The translations under genes were made by a program, and so were the position numbers. This document shows, piece after piece, positions 1 through 12,966 of a stretch of DNA of 47,267 nt (within the stretch, counting starts at the first letter, position 1; every line of letters begins with the position of its first letter). The stretch comes from Tubiluchus corallicola (lineage: Eukaryota; Animalia; Priapulida). Below the pieces are notes generated by a model. The model did no database searches and had not been told where the DNA came from. It saw only the letters and a program-made list of their open reading frames with translations. Where the stretch lies: assembly GCA_030141605.1 (NCBI GenBank), contig JAQGDQ010001324.1, positions 1 to 47,267 on the forward strand. Direction: 5' to 3'.

Positions 1-174
1 TGATGAATTTTTCTCTATTGAAATATTATTTTTGGCAATTTTACAGTCTTATATTTTTGGTCTATTTACCTAATTTTAAATGCGTACTTTAATTATTTCT
101 TAGTAATGGTAGTTAATAGCCTTTCAGAAAATGTCGTTTGCTTTGGCATGTTGCTGTGTATCTGCTGTTGCAGG

Positions 175-834
<660 letters not shown>

Positions 835-1511
835 CAATCTTTCTGCTGCTGGCTCTTGCCCTTTGTAGCCTTGCTTACGAAACGAACAGCTATGTTTCCT
901 CAAGAATGGCAGCTTGCTGTGCCATCACAGTTTCAAGTAAATAATAGGTGATTGAAACAGCACACATTAACGAACGTACACACAGAATAATTCAATACTC
1001 TTTACCAACACAGTTATGAATAAAAATTCCACTATATAGATAAACAATTCATAATGTATAAGCTAACCAAAACACAATACTTGAAATATATCTACTAAAA
1101 TTTTCATTAACTGAAAAGAAAAAACCTGCTGTGAAGATATATCCCCTTCCTACGCAGTAATGAATAAATTTTAGTAAGAAAACTAATGAAATACTAATAC
1201 TTACAGATAGCCGCTTGCGCCTGCTGAAAGAGTTTTCAGCCTAATAATCATCGAGTTTATAGCCTAATAATCATGTCGGCATAATAGCGAGTTTAACGGC
1301 AAAATCTCAGCGTGCGGCAGTAATAACGTGAGCAGATTCTGAAAGCTGAATGATACGATGACGCATGCGCAGTAGCGATTATCGTTTCTCCAGTGACTTT
1401 GTAAATTCCGAATAGCGCAAATTTAAAGAATAATAATTATTCGCTTCTTTTTCGTACAAATGAGCCAAAAGCAAGGCTACAAAGGGTAAGAGCTACAGTA
1501 GAAAGATTGAA

Positions 1512-2140
<629 letters not shown>

Positions 2141-3189
2141 CTGCAACAGCAGATACACAGCAACATGCCAAAGCAAACGACATTTTCTGAAAGGCTATTA
2201 ACTACCATTACTAAGAAATAATTAAAGTACGCATTTAAAATTAGGTAAATAGACCAAAAATATAAGACTGTAAAATTGCCAAAAATAATATTTCAATAGA
2301 GAAAAATTCATCAGCATTAGTGATATTTAATTATGCTTCTCCCGAATATAACAAACTAATTCACAAGCATTTGCAATGCGTTATTCATCTTGAATGGAAT
2401 GACAAATCCTTTCTTCTCGAGTTATAGGTAAATCTAGTCCACCTCCACGTTTCAACTCTAAGTTTATGAGAAGTTAATACAAACCGACTAAAACAAATTC
2501 CTAGATAGTCAGAAACATTACAATTATAAACTGCTTGCTGTTTGATTGTAAGAGTTAACTGTAAAAATATTGAAAACGAGAATGAGACTGAGTCAGCTCT
2601 GATATCATCTTCTAAACTAGTGGCATTGTAATTGAAACAAGAACAAAATTACCTAAAATCTGTTAATTTCCGATGTCACTATAGACAATTATATTGTTCA
2701 TTAAATTTCAAGCAACAGTGACAGGTTCCCATTGTGCAAACATGTGAAGTGTCTTACTAATAAATTCAAGATCTCTTCTGTTTAAGTTTAAACCCTTCAG
2801 TCGCACCGTACCTGCTCGACTTATGACAATTCGTCAGAAGTTTGTAATTTTGCATCCAAGATAACTTTATTTTATAATACTTCTAAACTCTTCTAAACTC
2901 AGAAGTGACTTCATATAAGAATCATATAAGACGGCAACAGTGACTTCTGGCATTTTTTTTTGCAAAGAAAAAGGCATGTTATAATTCCTGTTTACAAGTG
3001 ATAGATACTTCAGCATGTGCTTATCTTTTATCTTTGCTATGAACTTCAGTATCTGGTGGCATTTAAAATAATAACATGAAAAATTTATGAGATGACAGTT
3101 CGCCAGAAACTTGTAACAGATCTGTCACAACTGAAATGCGCATCCATTTTAATTTCAGACGCAATTTCAGAAGTAAATTAGTAAGAAAA

Positions 3190-3700
3190 GTTCAAATTAT
3201 CATAAAAGAAACAACGAAATTGTTGCTCAACAGTTTTCAGATTATATAAACGCTGTATGTGGTACAATTCAGGGATCGGTATTAAGTGTAACATTGTTTT
3301 TGTTGTATATAAATGAATTACCCAATGAACTTAATCCAGTCCAGTATCAGTTATATGCTGATCATGTAAAACTTTTTGTTACCACTGAACAAAGTCATCT
3401 CTTAGAAACATCTCTTAAAACTTAGTGAATGGGCTACCTTATGGCTGTTGCAAATTGCTGCACATTAGTGTATGCTTATCCTTATCGCTAGTGAAAATAT
3501 TATTTTAATAATAATTTGTAAGAAGTTAATACAGACTATTGTAACTTGTAATCTTGGTATCACTGAATGCTCAGATGTAAAATTTAACAAATGTTGTAAA
3601 AACTAGTCAGCCAAAGCTTATAGGAAATGATAAACATAACATTTAGATGTTTTGACACTAAAAAGGGTAATTATCTTGCAAAGTGTAATAATAAGTGTTG
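3190..3700 (+). mobile_element. Decayed non-LTR retrotransposon reverse-transcriptase fragment (CR1/L2/Jockey-like)
   Basis: Manual translation gives GTIQGSVLSVTLFLLYINELP...LYADHVKLF (consensus GVPQGSVLGP.LF.LYINDLP...YADD), then frameshifted LSEWATLWLLQI and NLGI. Stops and frameshifts are present. Confidence 0.85.
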
Positions 3701-3840
3701 CGAAATAACAAACAATAGTTTATAAACATTCTGGTATTCACAGTCATAATCTAATTAATGAAAGGATAGTATTTTACAATAAAACGTCATACGGCCGTTT
3801 GAACAAGATAACAACAAGATGGAACATGTTATGATTTCTA

Positions 3841-4094
3841 TCAACGCGCCCCACTAACTGCTCTGAAATGTAGCAGATTAGGTAAGAAGTACAGATCTTT
3901 CGTAAGCGTCGAAACAAAGCAGGGTTGCTGCTTGTCACCGATTTCGTGTGCTCGCGGGAAATGCACTGCAACTCTACGGTTGACTAGAGTTAATATGCGC
4001 AAAAGATCCAGTGATTTGCATTTCTCCATTAAGGCCTGTACAAGCACCTTTATGAACCTTGAGCCGTCTATTGGGTTTCTGTATGATTTATATC
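3841..4094 (-). CDS. Caspase-3/7-like effector caspase, exon 5 (p10 subunit, stop at 3841-3843)
   Basis: Acceptor tttgcAG| in phase 1. Encodes GYKSYRNPIDGSRFIKVL...DLLRILTLVNRRVA...KQQPCFVSTLTKDLYF, typical of caspase p10. Confidence 0.93.
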
Positions 4095-4177
4095 CTGCAA
4101 AGAAATAAATTGAAATGTTCTTTTCTTGTTCTGTTAGCTCCATTTCTTGCCAAAAAATAATGATAACTACACGTCGC

Positions 4178-4704
4178 GATGGTGATGGTGATGGTGGTAG
4201 TGCTTTAGTGGTGTTGATGGTAGAGGTGGTGGTGATAATGATGATAATGATCATGATGATGGTGGCGGTGGTAGTGGTGGTGGTGGTGCTTTAGTGGTGT
4301 TGATTGTAGAGGTGGTGGTGATAATGATGATCATGATCATGATGATGGTGGCGGTGCTGCTGCTGCTTGGTGTTGGTAATAGTGGTGGTAGTAGTGTCGG
4401 TGATGGAGGTGGTGGTGGGGGTGGTGGTCTTGGTGGTGTTGTTGGTGGTGGTGGTAGACGTGGTGGAGGTGGTGGTGATGCTGATGATAATGATGATGAT
4501 GATGGTGGTGGTGGTGGTGGTCGTGGTGGTGGTGGTGGTGGTGGTAGTCGTGATGGTGGTGATAGTGGTGGTGGCGGTGATACACGTGGTGGAGGTGGTG
4601 GTGATGCTGATGATAATGATGATGATAATGATGATGATGATGGTAGCGGTGGTGGTGGTGGTGGTGGTGGTGGTGCTGCTGCTGCTGCTGCTGCTTGGTG
4701 TTGG

Positions 4705-4756
<52 letters not shown>

Positions 4757-4842
4757 GGTAGTGGTAATGATGATGATGGTGACGACGACGACGACGACGA
4801 TAATGATGAGGATAGCAATGACCATGACGATGATGACGATGA
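4178..4842. repeat. Low-complexity (GGT/GAT/GCT)n compound repeat in caspase intron 4
   Basis: Seen directly. Contains internally duplicated blocks and lies between the GTAAGT donor at 4898 and the AG acceptor at 4095. Confidence 0.92.
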
Positions 4843-4898
4843 AGTCAAAAAGAAAAAGGAATAAAGAGAAGGTGGAAAATTTCCAGTTTTTTACTTAC

Positions 4899-5061
4899 CA
4901 TCTACGCAAGAATAGCAGATTAAGAAATCAGAATGAACAGGTAACTTAAAGAAACGTGGTGTGATTTGTACTGTGCCGCCAAACATACTCCCAGACGGAC
5001 CATCTGTCGTCACGTCTTCAATCACGTCTTCTCCATAATCAATTTTCTCCCCTCTACAGGT
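4899..5061 (-). CDS. Caspase exon 4 (catalytic Cys, intersubunit linker, start of p10)
   Basis: Acceptor tttttcttAG|ACC and donor G|GTAAGT. Encodes TCRGEKIDYGEDVIEDVTTDGPSGSMFGGTVQITPRFFKLPVHSDFLICYSCVD. Not present in the ORF track. Confidence 0.93.
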
Positions 5062-5584
5062 CTAAGAAAAAGAAGAGAAATGATCAACTTTGACCTGCAA
5101 ACTGTACAAACAAACAAACAATAAACCTGGAACTTTTCTACTTTTCTGCTTCGATTGTATTTTATAACTTCGTAACCAACACACACACACACAAAATTCT
5201 TTAAATTTTATTAACTTTTAAAAATAATATCCAATAGATTAAATATTAGTAAAAATATTATAAAAAAATCGGAACTTTTAACATCTCTTTCGTTCGGGTT
5301 TACTGAGTTTTACAAATTTATAGTTATGAGTCTATTAATTTTCACGAATTAATTTTATTAATTAATATTTACACTTTTAGGAAAATTGCCTTTAATAAAC
5401 TCTAAATGTCTTTTAAATTTATTATTAATTAGATATTGTATGTGAACAAAAACTGAAAATATTTAAAGAACATTTAGTACAGACAAAAGCGGTAAATTTT
5501 CAGACTAATAATAAAAACTAATAATAATTATAATAATAATATAGTATTAATAATAATAGTAATAATAATAATAACAATAATAAC

Positions 5585-5886
5585 TTGAATAATAAAAATT
5601 TTAGGTTTTCCGATCAGAGTTTTGCAATTGTCTCCTGCCACTAGACCGGTGATTTCCTCCACCAGCGCCCCCTTTCCGCATTTGCCTGTGACGAAGGAGC
5701 TGCCACCTTTCTCACTTTCCAGGATGAATTTCCCGTTAACTGTTTCCGTGAAATAACTGCACTCGCAGCTGTTGCGTTGCCTCTCCAAAGCTTCCTTCTG
5801 ATGTGGTTCTACTATGGTCCCGCCACCACCATGTGATGCAATCATAACAACTAAGCAGTCAGCATCACTGTGGTCTTCTGCAGCAA
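5585..5886 (-). CDS. Caspase exon 3 (catalytic His)
   Basis: Acceptor ggtttAG|TT. Encodes VAAEDHSDADCLVVMIASHG...GDNCKTLIGKPKIFIIQ. Phase-0 donor GTTATT (weak). Confidence 0.92.
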
Positions 5887-5945
5887 CTAAACCATAGATA
5901 TGTGAAAAATACCCAAAATGTTAATAAAAAATTAAACGTGACCAC

Positions 5946-6330
5946 TACGGGTGAGCATCGAACGTTTAATTCGATTTGAACGAGTTTTTTTAGTTTGAAT
6001 TTGATTCGAACCTAAAACTATAGATTCGAATAAATCAGCACTTCAGTCACATACGTTTCTTATCATTAAAAGGATTGAAACATCAAACAATTAGCTGTGA
6101 TTTCTGTGCACAATTTTAAACGAATTATTAGTGGTTTTACAGTAGAACAAAATCGAGTAATATGCATGATCTTTGTAAGCCTAATTTTTACTGGTAGTTC
6201 GAAAACTTGTTCGAAAATCTTTTAATCTGAATTCGAATTCGAAATATTGAGGTTCGGTTAGGTTCGAATTAGAGAGTCACACATTCGATTCGATTCGAAT
6301 TCGCTTTCTGGTAGAGATTGCTCTCCCCTA
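5946..6330. mobile_element. hAT-like MITE in caspase intron 2
   Basis: Imperfect TIRs tacgggtgagcatc / gattgctctccccta. 8-bp flanks GTGACCAC and GTGATCGC (6/8, TSD-like). Many subterminal TTCGAA palindromes. Confidence 0.65.
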
Positions 6331-6604
6331 GTGATCGCATGAACAATAAGCAAATTAGTATCAGAAAATCTTGTTACCACTGCCAAATTTCAGTTCTGCA
6401 ACTTCCTTCTGCCTTCAAGCTCTTCCTTTCCTCTGTTCTTTTTTATTCCATTGCCTTTCTTAGCTATGTACACCTACTGCTTTTTGGGAGCGTCATTGTA
6501 TTTTATCTGTTTTTTCTATCCCGTTGCCTTATTGTTTCTTCTTTAATATTAAAAAAGTTGTTTTTTTCCTTTTAAGCCAGGTGATATAATATGTGTCTTA
6601 TTAC

Positions 6605-6715
6605 CTTCGTTCATTGTTTTCATAATGTCTTCCATGGAGTAGTCAATGCATTCATCAACTTCAAATCCAAGAGTCTCAAAGCACTTTCTCATGTTTTTCA
6701 CATCTCGTCTTGAGG
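6605..6715 (-). CDS. Caspase exon 2
   Basis: Acceptor ttttgaacAG| and donor G|GTAATA. 111 nt, phase 1-1. Encodes ASRRDVKNMRKCFETLGFEVDECIDYSMEDIMKTMNE (F..LGF.V motif). Not present in the ORF track. Confidence 0.93.
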
Positions 6716-6739
6716 CTGTTCAAAATAGAATAACATTAA

Positions 6740-7273
6740 CGGAAGACCGGACGATTGTTTAGACTCAATCTCATTTTAATTTACTGTCCAAAATATATTT
6801 TTTCTTGCCTATAAAAGTTAATAATTGTTCCTTATATTTGAATAATTAGCTTAGAAAGTTAATTAGCGGCAACCGAACACAGCTATTGCTTACGTCAGAA
6901 ACTAACCACACTTTGTGCGATGGCAGGCACATCCCTTGCGCGTTAAGCACATTCGGATAAGTGTTACTGTTTAAACGCATGATGTCACGAAAATGGGCTT
7001 TACATCATATGACGTCAGAAGCTAACACTGCAGTACATGATCATGCTTATCACGGTACCGTCTTCTATTTGTCGGCCACGCGAATGTGACAAAAAGGTGC
7101 CGCTGCCAATCTTAGTAGATTCACTGAGCCGCACGTAGCTTTGAAAGTTTAACAAAATTTGAGTATCCGAGGTAATTATTATTTTATCTAAACTTTGATT
7201 TAAACAGAGACTTTTGTAATTTTCAATATTTTAGAGCATTCTTTATTCTGAACTCCGGAAATCCGGTTTTCTT
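6740..7273 (+). mobile_element. Kolobok/T2-type MITE, family B, copy 1 (caspase intron 1)
   Basis: TTAA|cggaagaccgga ... tccggttttctt|TTAG. TIRs resemble family A (AGGAAAACCGGA). Body is clearly homologous to 29263-29766. Confidence 0.8.
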
Positions 7274-7781
7274 TTAGCGAGGATGAAAGGCAATAAACAG
7301 ATTGACAAAGAATACTGTTTAGAGGTAATAGTTGGAAAACATATTATCACCGAGCACAAAAACAGTGAATACATTGGCAAAAGCACAAATTAGTCAAACT
7401 GCTCAAAAGCAGGGAGGGGTTATGACCTTTTGGAGTCCCTGTAGGGCGATGAAATTATGAGGCCCTTATCAGACGAAGCCACGTCTAACTCGTCCTTACC
7501 GTCTTGAATATTATCTTTTCTCGCGGTGTGTTTTAGCGACATTTACATAACTTGAAGTAAACTTATTACAAATTCTTTAAATAAACAAGAATAGTTGTAT
7601 TTTACTATTTATTGCAAACCAAATTAGCACATATTTCAACACAACAGTAGTAAAAAAACAACAGATTTTTTTACATATGTTGACCTATAAGATAATTTGG
7701 CCTTGTCAAGTGTAGACCGAAGGTCACCATTGAAACAAACAGCAAAATGCCAATGAAAAAACGGTAAGTTATGATACGTGT

Positions 7782-7883
<102 letters not shown>

Positions 7884-8218
7884 CCTTTATTCAAAAAATG
7901 AGCATATATACAAAAAGGTGCCTCTTTTTGCAGGCTCAGATCAACAATTTACATTTTCATATAACAAATCTTTTAAATATTTCCATGTTTCACACTACGT
8001 ACAACGAATAACATATTATACTTAAATTAGATTTAATTTCAAATGATTCACAAGTATTATACACATGAATTAACTTTATACACATACATAATTTATTTCT
8101 GTATACTGATACGTGTTAGCAGTTTCTGGCAGTTTCTGACTTTCACAAAATCGAGTAAAACTTTGAACAAATAAATGAGCACTTTTCTCTCTTGGGGATA
8201 AGAGATTATAACGGTTAC

Positions 8219-8354
8219 CTTTTCTTGGAGTCAGATCAGGATCCGTAAATGTCTCGTTATTTATCAGCACAGCCTTCCCTCTTCGCGTATGATTCATTTT
8301 ATACTTATCATCATCCACGTTCACCTCTGGCAAGTCTAGTAACGAGAAATCCAT
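8219..8354 (-). CDS. Caspase exon 1 (ATG at 8354; very short prodomain)
   Basis: Encodes MDFSLLDLPEVNVDDDKYKMNHTRRGKAVLINNETFTDPDLTPRK. Donor AG|GTAACC. The five exons sum to 966 nt = 321 aa + stop with consistent phases. A further upstream exon cannot be excluded. Confidence 0.88.
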
Positions 8355-8432
8355 TTTAAAATATTTGAAAATTCCTGTCAGCACAGTTTAAAATTTGAAA
8401 ATTCAGTCTACAGTCAGCGCTGCGTCACGCTA

Positions 8433-8453
8433 TTATATACAGCAGTATTTCCC
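8433..8453 (-). promoter_or_regulatory. Putative caspase core promoter: TATATAA plus an adjacent kB-like GGGAAATACT
   Basis: TATA box ~80 nt upstream of the ATG. Motif match only. Confidence 0.45.
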
Positions 8454-9390
8454 GAATTGCAAATAGAAATTTCACATAGACACGTGCAACAAACAAGGCA
8501 AACCCTCGTGACTGAGAGAATTTATGTATGACTTTGAAGCACAAAGGGTATGCAACGGTGATATTAAGTGTATAAGATCACTTGCTTATTTACAAGACCC
8601 TACAAATATTTACATCTCGAGATAACACTTGGTGTGTGGGCTTATATCACGGAACTAGCTATTGTAAATTTCATACGTAATGACTGTATGACAGTTTCAT
8701 AAGAAATCGAGTCATATTTAATAAAACAGGATGATTTGCCCTCGGCTCCATAATGCGCCTTCTTAATTCGAATGACATGTCGAGATGAACAATGATTCTC
8801 GTCATCGTCATAGTCACATCAGATTCCAGAAAAACTATAATAATCTTGCGACATAATCGACTACTCGCTATAAAGGCAAATTTATCATTGTGATTTGGTA
8901 TGGCAGAAACCACAGGGAACAAATTTTCAATGTTCTCAGAAAGTGTCAATCTGTCATTCTGATGACGTGGACAAAGTCCATTTCATCTTCGAGTTGCCTA
9001 AGGTCACAGTAATTGCGAATTCGTTTACGCATAGGTTTTTTAGAATTATTGTTATAGGTACCGGCCAAATTTGATGTCCAATTCGTGGGCGCTCATCCTA
9101 AATTCGGTGTAGTTTATCATAGCTTGCCTTGTGGCGTTAAGTAGTTTTCAAGTCAATATTCCTTTTTGAAGGTGCGGTATGTACTCATTTTCTACACAGA
9201 ACTTATACACAAACTTCAACCAGACCTGCGTACTGTGTACCAAATGGAATAGAAATTTTTACCGAAAAGCACGTAAATTAATGTCGGTAAACTGTTAAGC
9301 TACTGAGTAGCTGTTGCTGGGGCAAATTTTCGAACTGTAACCGCAAAGAGTGCACGCCCGTTCTTGCTGCTCGTTTAGATTAAATTGCAC

Positions 9391-9406
9391 CCGCTAGATG
9401 GCAGCA
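9391..9406 (+). promoter_or_regulatory. Candidate CTCF site CCGCTAGATGGCAGCA
   Basis: Near-consensus match to CCRSYAGRKGGCRS. Confidence 0.6.
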
Positions 9407-10805
9407 CGTGGTATTTTTTCCACTCATTTTAATCTACATCGTGATTCAGTTATGACTCCTTGGTGGCGGTACGTACGTAAATGAATTCAGCCTTCCAAGT
9501 TGGAATCTTCATGCGTAATTTGCGAGCTGACTGGAAAATATAAAAAATATTTTTTAATAATAATTACGATAGATAATATATACGGTACTACAAAATGCTA
9601 AATGCACTTTCTAGAAATTTTTTATTATACAATAAACTCATTTATACAGATTAATATCTTAATTTCGGTTTTGGAGATGCTTTCAATAGTGAAAACACTG
9701 TATATATTTGGGTTACTAAAATGTATATTAAATGACGTCGCTTCTGAAGACTTCATCTTAATGTCATTTTTCTTTATAATGTCATAAATTACCTTTACAG
9801 CTTTTCAACAGTTTCAACTTTTTTCTACAATCGGCACACTGCGAGACGAAATCAAACACACAAGACCGCAGCTCCTACTTAATGTTGACCTTGTGGCAAG
9901 ACTGGCACTTATCTAATTATCAAATAATACCCTCTAAGCTGAGATACTGAATTTGCAGAGGTATCTTTGCACATTCAGATATTTACACGTGACAGCTTGG
10001 TACACAACCAGAATCACAATGGTGCACGCAGAACGAGTACAAGGTGGTCACAAGCAATTTACTAACCAGTCTCACGATGCCTGACTTTGGTCGAGAAGCA
10101 TACACCGTTACCACTCGGCTAATTATCTCACTTCAAAGTGAAAAAATTGTCAATTCAAAAGATTTTATACTTTCAAACTCCTTACCTGTATGATATACAA
10201 AAAAGGTGTGTTGTTCTGTGATATTATGAGGACCTAGACAAAAGGTAACAAATTTAACAGATGACAGTAATTTGACATTCGACATACGAAAACATTCTAA
10301 TGGAGCAGGTATGGGATTTATTGGACTTTTAAAATTATTAGCAAAATGCCTTTTCTGTTATAATATCCACGATATCAAACCAAAAATTAACCCTTTCCTT
10401 GCTGAGCAAAAGCAATTTAATTTGTTAACATCGGGTCTGCCTATTTAAGCATTCTTTGGTGATAATTCTCTTGTCATTCAACGATGGTCCACTTACTTTT
10501 CTCTGTGCGTCCAGATTAAACAGCTGACTCATGTTGACTCAAATATCACATAAAATTGTTGATTTTCAAGCGCGGCCATTGTTCTCCGCTAAGCGTCGCT
10601 CGCCGCCACTCAAAATTGGGGGAAAAACCATAAAAACGAGAGTAAACACCGGGGTAAACATTCTATTGTTGCGTTGCTGGTCGTTAATGGCGGGGGGCTG
10701 CGTTTGGTAATGACGGCCATTATCGACTCGTGCCAGATTTATGAAAAGGTATTAACAGCATTTTTAAGCGATGCCAAGTTAATTTCTGTTTTACGAGTTT
10801 TTGTT

Positions 10806-11081
10806 CACAGTGATTGAAATGCTAGTACAGTTTGTACAGTTTGCTCAAAACCACAGTGATCGAAATGCTTGTACAGTTTGTACAGTTTGCTCAAAACCAC
10901 AGTGATCGAAATGCTTGTACAGTTTGTACAGTTTGCTCAAAACCACAGTGGTCGAAGTGCTAGTACAGTTTGTACCGTTTGCACAGTTTGCTCAAACCCA
11001 AGGTGATCGAAATGCTAGTACAGTTTGCTCAAAACCACAGTGGTCGAAATGCTAGTACAGTTTGTACAGTTTGCTCAAAAC
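10806..11081. repeat. Minisatellite, ~46-bp unit x ~6
   Basis: Unit cacagtgatcgaaatgcttgtacagtttgtacagtttgctcaaaac. Units of 46, 55 and 37 bp differ by a 9-bp subrepeat. Confidence 0.95.
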
Positions 11082-11964
11082 TTTCCTGTCACTGAGAACC
11101 GAAGACGGTTATTTCCGTCACTTTATAAACTTACCATTTTATTCATTCATTGTTCAAAATACTTTACATTTTTGCTCGAAACGCTTACAGCTGTCTAGAA
11201 GGATTTTCTAAAAACACCAAGATTACTAGGCGGGGTTGGGGCGCATTTCCTCAAAGGGCAAATGAGTTGTACGTCTTCGGGGCAAATGCTGATTATTTTC
11301 AGGGCAAATAATTTCGTTCTACTTTCAAAATTTAAGATCAAATATTCAAAAATTGCATTAGGCCTACCTCTCTTCACTTGAAATGAAAGTGTTTCTTGTA
11401 CGTCGAATTGTTTTTAACTTTTAAGTCATAATAATACCTATTATTAATTTTACTTCACTAAATCTCATAAGTCTTTTTACAATTGTTAACTTCATGCTCC
11501 TCAGTGTGCTGGCAAAGTTATAAACATGTTTGCAGAAGGAAAACATAAACCGCCACCATTAATACTTTTGAATTTCCGAAACGCTAGAAAAAGTGCTGTG
11601 AAAGTATTTGCATTTTTGTTCAGTGAAAATGCAAACTTCGACTTGTGTTTTGTTATAAAACTAGGGTAGCTTAGAAAAGGTTTAGGGCAAATTCCTTCAC
11701 ACCCCCCCCCCCCCCGTGTGAAATTTCCTCTTGTACGCCTATGAAAATTACCTTAAATTTTTCCTCCGTGAGTATTTATTGCGGAACTATCACGCTGGTT
11801 TCAGAAAATTTGTAAAACTTAGGACTTCTCTGATTCTCGAAAAAAACTCATACATTTATCATTAGAGCATTAGATGCCTAGAATATAATGCGTAATGGTT
11901 ATGACCTATATTATTTGTTTATTATTATCTATATTTATTATTATTAAATACTTTATATAACCTA

Positions 11965-12270
11965 TAATGCCAATCGAACTGTCAAGTACTTGAATTCTCT
12001 TCCTGAACATGTAAATGGATCTCCACTGGTAAATGCCGCCTCCAATAAATTACTTTGTCAAATTTAATTAAAATTAACTTTTTAAAACATTTTATTTCTG
12101 CAGACAGACGTATGTAGTAATTTTACTCTTTGTGCCTCTCCTGTATCCACTTTAACCTCTCTTCTTTATTATTGTACATATTTTATTGTTTTATGAACTT
12201 AAATTTTATTATATGTATTGATACTTTAATAAACAAATAAAATAAACAAATATAATAATTATAATGATTA
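11965..12270 (+). mobile_element. Probable LINE 3'-end remnant
   Basis: Translates NRTVKYLNSLPEHV (cf. NRVV..WNSLP..V of CR1/L2 ORF2 C-termini), followed by a T-rich UTR, AATAAA and an A/T tail. Confidence 0.5.
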
Positions 12271-12899
12271 TAGGTTCAGTATAAATATGAAGATAATCTA
12301 CTTTACTGAAATTAGTATCTTTATGGAAAGACCGATTTTTAAAAAAAATCGGTCTTAATCAGAACTCGTGATACCAAAAATTTGGTAAATTTTGTGAAAT
12401 AGGCCAATATATAGACTCACTTCCTTTTAACATCTCCTTGTGTCTGTGAGAGTAATGCTCTTAAAGTAATGCTAAATATGCTTAATTACGGTAGCACTTA
12501 CGAATCATCTACTTAACTAGTCCTACTTAACGTTCAGGGTAAGAAAACTTTGAATGCACAAAGAGTTTTCAATTATTTGGTTGATTTGTAAGATGGAATC
12601 GGTGATCAGAATCATTGCCTACTCATATGCCACGCTCTATGCATCTTCTTACTAAACAAAGACAAATTTAGCTCTTCTCGGGCCGAGGGATTAACAGATT
12701 AGCCGAATTAGTTGCTCATTAGTTGCGTTACCATTGTTTCTGCTGATATTAATGGCCGCCGTGTTGTTTGATCTAGGAATGTTCTATTGTTCCTATCACC
12801 GTCCTATTGATGATCTTTTGTGAGTGCTATTGTCTGTGCCTCGCGATGGGTTATTGTTTTGTAGATTAAGACAAGTGGTTTACCGTTTAATCATATTGT

Positions 12900-12966
12900 G
12901 CAATATGCCCGCTAGAGGGCTACTTTGGCTGTGCAGCAAGATTACGCAATTCGTCCGCTAGAGGGC
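12900..12966 (+). promoter_or_regulatory. Tandem pair of candidate CTCF sites (CCGCTAGAGGGC at 12909 and 12955)
   Basis: Identical 12-mers 46 bp apart, each preceded by GCAAT at the same 4-nt spacing. Confidence 0.55.

Noticed and set aside
2793-3140. Possible piggyBac-like MITE (CCCTTCAGT...ACTGAAATG, internal ~25-bp direct repeat)
   Set aside because: TIRs are too degenerate, there is no clean TTAA TSD, and only one copy is in the window.
4291-4949. His-rich, Gly/Asp-rich and poly-Met ORFs
   Set aside because: They are low-complexity repeats inside caspase intron 4, which has good splice sites. Including them would break the p10 subunit.
8671-8949. Minus-strand 92-aa ORF as a caspase prodomain exon
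   Set aside because: No CARD/DED likeness, it ends in a stop, and a TATA box lies between it and the caspase ATG.
8955-8990. CTGATGA followed by a hairpin, as a possible hammerhead ribozyme
   Set aside because: No GAAA follows the stem. It is only a short hairpin (gatga..tggac/gtcca..tcatc).
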